Below, in pieces: positions 25,449 through 33,397 of a stretch of 64,000 nt of DNA. The notes beneath the pieces are model-generated. The model was given only the letters and a program-made list of their open reading frames with translations. It was not told the origin of the DNA and made no database searches. Position 1 is the first letter of the stretch; each line of letters starts with the position of its first letter. The stretch is from positions 209,998 to 273,997 of IMG/VR virus record IMGVR_UViG_3300034104_003795; one strand, given 5' to 3'. Made by a program: the position numbers and the translations under genes.

Positions 25449-26006
25449 TTATTTCTTTTTCATTGCAAGTCTTTCTCTCATTACATCAGTTGGGATATCA
25501 GAGATTTCATAGTAACGATTTAAGATGTGACCCATATCTTCATATAAAGCATGTAATCTTTCATCCATTGCTTTTGCTTCAACAGAGAACTTATCAAATT
25601 GCTTACCCAACTTATCCAACTCACTCATATTTCTTTTTACAGTTTGAGCATCAAACCAATCGTTAGCTTCTCTTAAAGATAATTCTTTTGCAGCTTCAAC
25701 AATTGCTCCTAATGTTTCTGAAACTTCAGTCATATCTGAATTTCGTTTCATTTGGTCTTGGAAAGTATTGTATGTAGATATAATTTCTAAAAAGTGTTTT
25801 TTAACTTCTAAAGATAATTTTCTATCAGGTTGTTCTAAATTCTCCTTAATAGAAAATTTACCATCCTTAATCTTTACTTCGTTAATTGCAGTTTTACGGA
25901 TATCATTGTATCCTTTAGCTATTTTATTTACCCCTTTAGGTTGTTCCACATTCAACTTAAATTTGTTGTTGTGTACATAATCATATATGTCGAAATTCTT
26001 GCTCAT
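25449..26006 (-). CDS. Hypothetical head-cluster protein (185 aa, helical)
   Basis: ORF track; directly downstream of gp21-like gene. Confidence 0.65.
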   Translation of the reverse strand: MSKNFDIYDYVHNNKFKLNVEQPKGVNKIAKGYNDIRKTAINEVKIKDGKFSIKENLEQPDRKLSLEVKKHFLEIISTYNTFQDQMKRNSDMTEVSETLGAIVEAAKELSLREANDWFDAQTVKRNMSELDKLGKQFDKFSVEAKAMDERLHALYEDMGHILNRYYEISDIPTDVMRERLAMKKK

Positions 26007-26007
26007 C

Positions 26008-26601
26008 TTATGCTATTTCAGTTATTATTTCTCTCATTAGGTCTTGTGCCTTGCAGTATTCTCCACAAACATCAGTACCAATATTTTTTAGTGGATTTAC
26101 GGATTCGTTCATTGGGACCATAAATGCACCATGTGTAGATGGGTTAGAAACAAAATCCCAACCAATCAATTCAAAGTCTTCTTGTACTTCCACTTTATTT
26201 CCACTCATAGGTCTAGTTGAACCCATACCTCTTGAAGAAATACCTAATAGAATTCCAGCTTTTAATAACTCTTTAAGAATGTTACCAGATGGAGTTCCTA
26301 ATATTTCAACAGTCCCACAAAGGTCATCACCTTCCCACCAAATTTCTCTGATGTTATGTGATACGTTCTTTAAGTTGATAACCGTTGAATCTGGATGGTC
26401 TAATTCACCCAATGCTCTACGTTCTTTAATAAACGTTAAATATTTTTTTGCTTCTCTTTCAAGAATTGGTTTTGGATACACTCTACCATTTTGGTTCTCG
26501 GCACCAGCTCTTTGTAGAACTCCTTTTACCAAAGTTCTTCCACCTTCATCTTCTTTTATTTTACCTTCAAATAGGTGTGTTTCTATTAATAATGATTTCA
26601 T
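26008..26601 (-). CDS. gp21: Prohead protease, T4 gp21-like
   Basis: NQNGRVYP, ALGELDHP, NLKNVSH, GTPSGNIL, GISSRGMGS, WDFVSNPSTHGAF. Confidence 0.93.
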   Translation of the reverse strand: MKSLLIETHLFEGKIKEDEGGRTLVKGVLQRAGAENQNGRVYPKPILEREAKKYLTFIKERRALGELDHPDSTVINLKNVSHNIREIWWEGDDLCGTVEILGTPSGNILKELLKAGILLGISSRGMGSTRPMSGNKVEVQEDFELIGWDFVSNPSTHGAFMVPMNESVNPLKNIGTDVCGEYCKAQDLMREIITEIA

Positions 26602-26610
26602 TCTATCTTA

Positions 26611-27279
26611 TTATTTTACCGATTCCATTTTACTTCTAATCTTATTAGTAATACTACCTAATTGAGATTTATCAATACCCAACCCATCAACTACTTGTGC
26701 TACTAATTGTAATTTTTGAGTTGAACTTAATTTAGCATCTTTAATTTTATCAATAGCCATTCCCAATCTTTGTTTAACAGATGATGGTATTGTTGCTTTT
26801 GGCAATTCAGCTGCTATATCTTCGTTAGTTTTACCAGCTCTTAAATCTGCTAAATCATCTCCTTCGATATCACCATCCTTATCAACATCTAATTTATGTT
26901 GGTCACCTTTTAATGCTTCAGTTTTTTCACCTCTACCATTCCAAGCAGAATCAACTTTATTAAAGAATGCTTTCTTTTCATCATCTGTCATATCATTAAT
27001 ACCCTTCCCAGCTTTTTCTAAAGCTTTTTTGAAGAATGCTTGATAATCTGCTTCTTCTACCATCACTTCTTTTACAAGTTCTTTTAATCTTTCTCTTGAT
27101 ATTGTTTCTTTGTGCATAGGTAATCCTTTGTGTTTTGTAGATGCATAATCTTTAGCATCTTTCTTTTTCATTGAATCTGCTGCTTTTTCAACTTCTTTAG
27201 ATGGTGCTTCCATGTCTCCTTTTTGTAATGCATGGACCATACCCATAAATTTTTGTTGTGCTTTTGATACTGCTGGCAT
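26611..27279 (-). CDS. Putative head protein with N-terminal DUF3008-like module
   Basis: MPAVSKAQQKFMG...DYASTKHKGLP is the DUF3008 pattern; further modules after TISRE and TNE motifs. Confidence 0.6.
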   Translation of the reverse strand: MPAVSKAQQKFMGMVHALQKGDMEAPSKEVEKAADSMKKKDAKDYASTKHKGLPMHKETISRERLKELVKEVMVEEADYQAFFKKALEKAGKGINDMTDDEKKAFFNKVDSAWNGRGEKTEALKGDQHKLDVDKDGDIEGDDLADLRAGKTNEDIAAELPKATIPSSVKQRLGMAIDKIKDAKLSSTQKLQLVAQVVDGLGIDKSQLGSITNKIRSKMESVK

Positions 27280-27280
27280 C

Positions 27281-27844
27281 TTATAAAGTTCTTAATTTTT
27301 CAGTTATTCCCATTAACCTTTCTCTGATTTTATATAAAGATGCATTTGTTCTTTTCCAGTAATCTTCTTTCTTAAGTCCATTTTCAGTCTTAATTTTAGA
27401 ATACCAATTAACAAACTTCTCTATTTCAGAAAGTTGTTTGTGTATATTAGAAACTCCTCTACCAACTTTTGCTCTTGGTGAGGATTCTTCTCTTTTTAAT
27501 TCTAACCATCTATTTTCCGCAACAATCATTCCACTAATATCTGCAACTTTTGCCGTATCAACTTCTTTTGCAGCGGTTGGTTTCATTGGTAATGCTTCAT
27601 CTTTACTAGCTGGCACATCACCCAACGCCCAATCCTTTTCACCTTCTTCTAAATTATCAACTACGGTTCCACCGGTTACTTTTGCTAATCTATTATTTTT
27701 CTTTGCAGTTTGTCCAGGTTTAGCAAATGCAGCAGGAGTATTATATCCTGCAACGTTTCCGGTTACACTCATTTCATCCAATGTTCTTTGAATGTTTCTT
27801 TCTCTAACGTATTTACGAATAGCTTCTTTTAATCTTGCTTCCAT
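27281..27844 (-). CDS. Hypothetical head-cluster protein (187 aa)
   Basis: ORF track; LDEMS.TGNVAGYNTPAAF motif; coupled to neighbours. Confidence 0.65.
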   Translation of the reverse strand: MEARLKEAIRKYVRERNIQRTLDEMSVTGNVAGYNTPAAFAKPGQTAKKNNRLAKVTGGTVVDNLEEGEKDWALGDVPASKDEALPMKPTAAKEVDTAKVADISGMIVAENRWLELKREESSPRAKVGRGVSNIHKQLSEIEKFVNWYSKIKTENGLKKEDYWKRTNASLYKIRERLMGITEKLRTL

Positions 27845-28713
27845 TATTTTACTTTAGATTTAAGTTCCTTAATTAGCTCATAAGAAAGCATAATAGATGA
27901 AACTTGTCCATCAGATACACTTTTTCCAATTTTCATTTTTTCTAAAACGGAAATAGTTTCTGATAATTTAATTTGTGTAACTTTATCTTTTAGTTTTGAT
28001 TTAATGCTATTTAATTCTGCAATTATATTTGGTAATTCTTTTCCAACATAATCTACGAATTTGGTAGTATTTGAGATGTTGTTTATATATTCTTTCAACA
28101 AATTCTTTTGAGAATTATCTAAATTTGTATATTTTTTGTTGAAAGTTTCTACTAGAATCTTATAGGTAAGTAATCGTAGGTCTTTGTCTTGTTGTTTATA
28201 GGTTTCAATCAACTTCTTATCTTCGGTTGGTTGAGTTTTTAAAGCAGGTTTTGAGGTAATGTTTTCAATTAGGGTAATTTTAGAATTAAAGATATCTTTA
28301 ATATCATATCCTTCTGCTCTTTTAGATTCAAATACTTTATAGATAGATGCTAGTACTTTATAGTTAGAAATAGGGGATGATAGGAATTGTTCAATTTCAA
28401 ATTTTGCCGAAATTTCTTTAATAAGGTTAAATTTTTCTTTAGAAAGTGTATTTTGGTTCAATTTAGCATGTGCATCACATACCGTTTCTACCAATCTATC
28501 TGCTTTTGTTTCAGAACTATATTTTTCCTTTAATAGTATATCATAAAGACGTAGTTCTTTATTTAACTCCGTATTTGGAGCAAAGAACTCTTTTACGATT
28601 TTTTTAGCGTTTTCGGTCTTATCGCCATTAAGAACTTCCAATGTTATTTGTCTTACTAAAAGCTCAAATAACACTCCAGTATTCTTAAACTTGGAATGTT
28701 TAATTTTTTTCAT
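27844..28713 (-). CDS. Hypothetical helical protein downstream of portal (289 aa), possible prohead core component
   Basis: ORF track; MKKIKHSKFKNTGVLFELLVRQIT; position between portal and protease. Confidence 0.65.
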   Translation of the reverse strand: MKKIKHSKFKNTGVLFELLVRQITLEVLNGDKTENAKKIVKEFFAPNTELNKELRLYDILLKEKYSSETKADRLVETVCDAHAKLNQNTLSKEKFNLIKEISAKFEIEQFLSSPISNYKVLASIYKVFESKRAEGYDIKDIFNSKITLIENITSKPALKTQPTEDKKLIETYKQQDKDLRLLTYKILVETFNKKYTNLDNSQKNLLKEYINNISNTTKFVDYVGKELPNIIAELNSIKSKLKDKVTQIKLSETISVLEKMKIGKSVSDGQVSSIMLSYELIKELKSKVK

Positions 28714-28779
28714 TTACTTACCCTATATTTGTTCTACCCTATAAACTAACACATATAAATATAAACAAATTAATGTTTA

Positions 28780-30555
28780 TTAAATTTTTGTATCATCTAA
28801 TAGGTTTTTTTCATCAAGCATACCCGATTTTTCATTTAAAACCGTCTTTTTTGATGAAATTCCGTTTATATATTCTCTTGCTAACTTCTTAGCGTTTGTA
28901 TTTAAATATCTATCATCTCGTTTTCTCTCCTTATGATTCTCCTTATCTCCCAATGGGTCTCTGCCGTATGGGTGTTTATCTTTACCATAAGTGTTTCCTT
29001 CTCTAGGTCTACCCACATTTCTATTCAATTCAATTTCAGTTTTTAACTTTTGAATTTCTTCTTCTACATTTTGTTGTTCTGGTGGATTTGCTGGGTCCTG
29101 TCCTTGTTGTTCAATTGAACTATGTCTGAATCTATCTTTAAGGTCTAAAATTACTTTAGCTCTTTCCATATCAATTTCATCTTGAGATAATCCAAAGATA
29201 TTATGGTATGCCCAATCAGATGATAACATATTAAGTGCTTTTGCATCAGATGCTAATCTAACCTTCTCACTCCATAAGTTTACTTTTTCTTGCTCATAGA
29301 TTGTAGAAGCGTTTGTCAAACTTAATTCAAAGTTTGTCATTTCAGAATCTTCTATACCATTTGATGCCAAGTGAACTACTGCAATTTTTGCTAATTCACT
29401 AACAACCGTTCTTTGAATTCTTTCAATAGTTCTTGCAAAACGAACATCTTCTGCAGCCAATGTAGCTTTACCATTCACATTCTCATCATAAGATAAGTAC
29501 GCTTTTGGTACTCTCAAAGCTGCAAATAATTTATGTTTTAAATAATCAATATCTTCAATTGCTGCATAATCTAATCCAGCTAAATTATCAATATTAGTAC
29601 CACTATCACTACCACGTACAGGTAGGAAGAAATCTTCGGTAAGGTTTTGGATATTATATTTTAAGTTGTAATCTCCGGTGTTCTTATCAACAAATGGAGT
29701 TTTCTTCATTTTATTGATAATTTTTTGCATATAGTTATCTACTTCCTGTGGTGGGATATTACCTATATCAATTTTGAACACTCTTTTTTCAGGTGCTCTC
29801 ATAATACGATGAATTAACATCGCATCTTCCATAAGTGATAATTGTTTCCAAATTCTTCTTGCACCCTCAATCATTGATTTACCATAAGGAAGGAAGTTAG
29901 TATCTGATAACATTCTAAAGTGAGCCATCTCATATTGCTCATATTCCTTCTTGCCAAATCTATCCAATTCAATCTTATATTTTACATAATCAGGATTGTT
30001 TGGGTCAGTACCTTCTAATCTTTCTACATTATATGTTGAGTGAGGTGCTACGTTGATAATACCTTTACCAGGTAGGATTTCTAATGCCAAAAAAGCATCA
30101 CCATATTTTACTAAATTTCTAATCCAAGGCCATAAGTTAAACTCCACATTCATTATATCATAGAATAAATTGTGAAGCATTTCTCTTACATTCTCATTTG
30201 TGGATTTAATTTGAAGTACATCACCATATTCATTTTTAGTTGTACTTTCATCCGCATATATATCTAAAGCAGAACCAATGATTGGGTCCATATCCATAGC
30301 ATCATAATCTCTAAAAAGTTCTCTACGAACTTGATGATATGCCATTGATTGAGCACCCTGATGAGTTTCAAAATAAGACCTTTGTAACTTCGTATATCTA
30401 TCTCTTAAATTTACAAAGTTTGTATTTGATTGACGGTCTTCAATATCAACCACTCTACGTTTACCATCTTTATCAACGGTTACGATTGCATTGGTTGAAA
30501 ATAGTTTTTTTAGTCTCCCAAAGAAACTCCTATCGTCTTGAAATTGTTCTGCCAT
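28780..30555 (-). CDS. gp20: Portal protein, T4 gp20-like
   Basis: LMEDAMLIHRIMRAPEKRVFKIDIGNIP, EDFFLPVRG, DIDYLKHKLFAALRVP, RFARTIERIQ. Confidence 0.96.
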   Translation of the reverse strand: MAEQFQDDRSFFGRLKKLFSTNAIVTVDKDGKRRVVDIEDRQSNTNFVNLRDRYTKLQRSYFETHQGAQSMAYHQVRRELFRDYDAMDMDPIIGSALDIYADESTTKNEYGDVLQIKSTNENVREMLHNLFYDIMNVEFNLWPWIRNLVKYGDAFLALEILPGKGIINVAPHSTYNVERLEGTDPNNPDYVKYKIELDRFGKKEYEQYEMAHFRMLSDTNFLPYGKSMIEGARRIWKQLSLMEDAMLIHRIMRAPEKRVFKIDIGNIPPQEVDNYMQKIINKMKKTPFVDKNTGDYNLKYNIQNLTEDFFLPVRGSDSGTNIDNLAGLDYAAIEDIDYLKHKLFAALRVPKAYLSYDENVNGKATLAAEDVRFARTIERIQRTVVSELAKIAVVHLASNGIEDSEMTNFELSLTNASTIYEQEKVNLWSEKVRLASDAKALNMLSSDWAYHNIFGLSQDEIDMERAKVILDLKDRFRHSSIEQQGQDPANPPEQQNVEEEIQKLKTEIELNRNVGRPREGNTYGKDKHPYGRDPLGDKENHKERKRDDRYLNTNAKKLAREYINGISSKKTVLNEKSGMLDEKNLLDDTKI

Positions 30556-30563
30556 AATTTATT

Positions 30564-31001
30564 TTACCATTTTCTACAAGACCAATATCTTGCTTTTGTT
30601 CTTGGACCGGGATTATCACAATTGTGTCTTGCTCTAAAATTAGCCCTTCTACCAGGATTATTTTTCTTAATTTTTACCCCTTTCTGTCCAAAGTTTACTT
30701 TAATAACTTTACCAGTTTTAGGATTTTTAACATATACCTTAAACTTTTTCACATCACCTGCCATTGGTTTACCCAATTTCACTTCTCTACCTTGATATTC
30801 GGCTTCAAAAACACAACTACAATTAGCTTCATCTAATGATTGTGAATATGCTTTAAGATAATTGATAAAATCATCCATATCTTCTTGCTCTACATCCAAT
30901 TCATCATAATCATCAATTGGATTATCAGCCGGTTGGTCTCCTTTTGAATATGCTTTATCTACATATTCATCTTCTTTTAGGATATTTGTTAATTTAATCA
31001 T
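30564..31001 (-). CDS. Conserved T4-like phage hypothetical protein (145 aa)
   Basis: EAEYQGREVKLGKP...KKFKVYVKNPKTGKVIKVNFG...RRANFRARHNCD...RYWSCRKW; GGAG upstream of start. Confidence 0.7.
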   Translation of the reverse strand: MIKLTNILKEDEYVDKAYSKGDQPADNPIDDYDELDVEQEDMDDFINYLKAYSQSLDEANCSCVFEAEYQGREVKLGKPMAGDVKKFKVYVKNPKTGKVIKVNFGQKGVKIKKNNPGRRANFRARHNCDNPGPRTKARYWSCRKW

Positions 31002-31065
31002 TTTGGTCTCCTTTTTCTATTTTGACATATATCATAAATATCTGAAATTGTCAAAACCCTACAAT

Positions 31066-32661
31066 TTATAACCATTGTGATAAATCCTCAAAATCATCAC
31101 CAATTTTCATCTTCCAAGGATTATCATCTCTATCGGATGGTCCATAAACACCAGCATGCTGCATATTCGATGAAATACCACCCAAAGTTCTCTTTGTAAG
31201 GTCAATACCTTCTTGTCTTAAACGAAGTGCAGTATCCCTTACCCACAATCCAATTGATAATGCCATCGTAAGGTCATCGTTATAACCCTTCATAGCTTCT
31301 GCTCTACCATTAATGAATATAAAAGTAAATAATTCATCAATTAAACGATTAGAACGGATTGTTACCGATTTTTCTCTAAAATATTCATCTAATTTAGAAA
31401 TAATTAAAGGTCTAGTTTTAGATGTTGTTGAAAACCCAGCTACCATTTGCCTCTCATCTGCTCTATATTTATTTTTCATTTGGTGTTCAACATCCACATA
31501 TTTTAAATCCTTACTCATATAGAATAAGTTTTTATAATCTCTATCTATACATTGTTGAATACACGCCCAACCAATATTTGAGTTTTCTATTACTAATAAA
31601 GCATCATTATATTCAGTTGATAAGTTTACTAAAAAGTTTCCAAAATCTTTTGTTTCAATTTTACCTTTGTATTCTGCAACCTGTGTTGCATTTAGTACAT
31701 CTATTACGTGACATCCAGAAAAGTCAGCACCATCTCCTCTAGCAACGTCCGCTACTACCATATAAGAGCCGTTTGTAGTTGGATATTCCCATCTCCAAAG
31801 ATTGCCATCAAATCCGGTTTTTTCAATTGGATTTTGACAATATGTTTCTTTATAGAACATTAATAATTCTGGATCAATTACAGTATCACCCGAAGATACG
31901 AAGTCACAATCACATTCTTGGGCTGCTTTTTTAGCACCCAATAATCTTTGTTGTTCATCTCTCCAACTCTGGTCTCTTTCAGGATGTACTGTCCAATGTA
32001 ATCGTATTGTATTAAATGGATTTGTTCCTTCTTCAGCATCTAACCAAGTTTTGTGGAACCAGTTACCCACACCATTAGGAGTAGAAAGTGCAATACAACT
32101 ACCACCCGTTGATAAGGTTGATTGTGCCGCTACCCAAATCTCATCAATATCATCAATAAACGCAGCCTCATCAAATATAAGTAAAGATAGAGCTTCAGAA
32201 CGTCCTGCATCAGGTGAACTCGCAATCGCTTTAATTTGAGAACCATTATTTAAACGAAGGGAAAGTTTGTTATCTTCCAAAGAACCACCCTTTAACCAAC
32301 TTGGTAATAAATCGTGCATTACCCTTACTTTAGTTACTAGGTTCTTTGCTACATCTTGTTTTGTTGCAATTACCAACACATTGAAATCGGTATTGAATAT
32401 CATCTTCCAAAGTGCATATCCAGCTGAAAGTGTTGAGATACCAGTTTGACGTGATTTCAATACTATATTAAATCGGTTATCTTTAAATTGTGTTAGAGTT
32501 TGTTCCTGAAATGGGAAAAGGTGAAAAGGTATCTTACCTCTCACCGGATGCTGAATCATACAATACTTTTTCATAAAGTGAATCGGGTCTACCGCACACT
32601 TTTTGTATTCATCTGCTATTATATCCTTCAGGGATTTCTTTTGTGTAATTCCAGTACTCAT
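31066..32661 (-). CDS. gp17: Terminase large subunit
   Basis: Walker A KSRQTGIST, Walker B LLIFDEAAF, STPNG motif, nuclease DVARGDG.D, C-terminal NDDLTMA. Confidence 0.95.
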   Translation of the reverse strand: MSTGITQKKSLKDIIADEYKKCAVDPIHFMKKYCMIQHPVRGKIPFHLFPFQEQTLTQFKDNRFNIVLKSRQTGISTLSAGYALWKMIFNTDFNVLVIATKQDVAKNLVTKVRVMHDLLPSWLKGGSLEDNKLSLRLNNGSQIKAIASSPDAGRSEALSLLIFDEAAFIDDIDEIWVAAQSTLSTGGSCIALSTPNGVGNWFHKTWLDAEEGTNPFNTIRLHWTVHPERDQSWRDEQQRLLGAKKAAQECDCDFVSSGDTVIDPELLMFYKETYCQNPIEKTGFDGNLWRWEYPTTNGSYMVVADVARGDGADFSGCHVIDVLNATQVAEYKGKIETKDFGNFLVNLSTEYNDALLVIENSNIGWACIQQCIDRDYKNLFYMSKDLKYVDVEHQMKNKYRADERQMVAGFSTTSKTRPLIISKLDEYFREKSVTIRSNRLIDELFTFIFINGRAEAMKGYNDDLTMALSIGLWVRDTALRLRQEGIDLTKRTLGGISSNMQHAGVYGPSDRDDNPWKMKIGDDFEDLSQWL

Positions 32662-32662
32662 A

Positions 32663-33346
32663 TTAATCGTTAATAGGTCTTACTAAATCGTAATTTTTAT
32701 CTTTTAATTTTTCGTAAGCCTCATTTCTTAATTTTGTAGCCTGTTCAACTTCTTTTTCAAAATTAACAATATCTAAAAGTATTTCTGCTTTGAGTTCATC
32801 AACATCTCTTTCCATACTCCAAGTTTCAATCTTTCCATCTTCTTGAATTACTTCGTATGTTTGTTTAGCATCATTATAAGCCTGTTTGAATTGTGCAATC
32901 ACATCGTTACCGTATGCAATCATATTAGAGTATATCTTATAATCTTCATATGCTTCCCACAACCCATCAGTTTTGATTATTCTTTCTTTTTTTGCCAGAC
33001 AAGTTATACAATATCCTGTTTTGGATATTAATTTTTTATCAACTCTACCTATTTTGATTGTTTTACAATCTTCAGCTTTACAACTATTTAATTTATCTAA
33101 ATACGCTCTAGTCTCGGCCATAATATCACCTAATTCCGAAACTTCTATTTTACCTGCAGCATGTTGTTCCCAAGATTTACCATTATCATCAGTCCATCTT
33201 TCACCAACTTTTCTTTTTACTTTCTTCTTATCTGCTCCTGCGAATGAAATCTGTGTTTCCTTTTGATATTCTCCACCCGTTAAAACCATATCTACCAACT
33301 TTTTTCGAGTTGGATGCATGAATTTTTTATTGAATTCTCTTGCCAT
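32663..33346 (-). CDS. Hypothetical protein with Cys pairs (227 aa); possible small terminase by position only
   Basis: ORF track; SCKAEDC and YCITC; directly upstream of TerL. Confidence 0.55.
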   Translation of the reverse strand: MAREFNKKFMHPTRKKLVDMVLTGGEYQKETQISFAGADKKKVKRKVGERWTDDNGKSWEQHAAGKIEVSELGDIMAETRAYLDKLNSCKAEDCKTIKIGRVDKKLISKTGYCITCLAKKERIIKTDGLWEAYEDYKIYSNMIAYGNDVIAQFKQAYNDAKQTYEVIQEDGKIETWSMERDVDELKAEILLDIVNFEKEVEQATKLRNEAYEKLKDKNYDLVRPIND

Positions 33347-33397
33347 ATTACTTACAATATATTTGTATATATAAGTATATCAAAATTCAAAAAACGA

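Noticed and set aside
26051-26665. 204-aa plus-strand ORF
   Set aside because: Fully antisense to the well-supported gp21 protease gene.
31020-31056. Inverted repeat TTTTGACA-N21-TGTCAAAA around a late motif
   Set aside because: Single 8-bp instance in AT-rich DNA; cannot distinguish from chance.
32663-33346. Small terminase assignment
   Set aside because: Supported only by position; no recognisable TerS motif.
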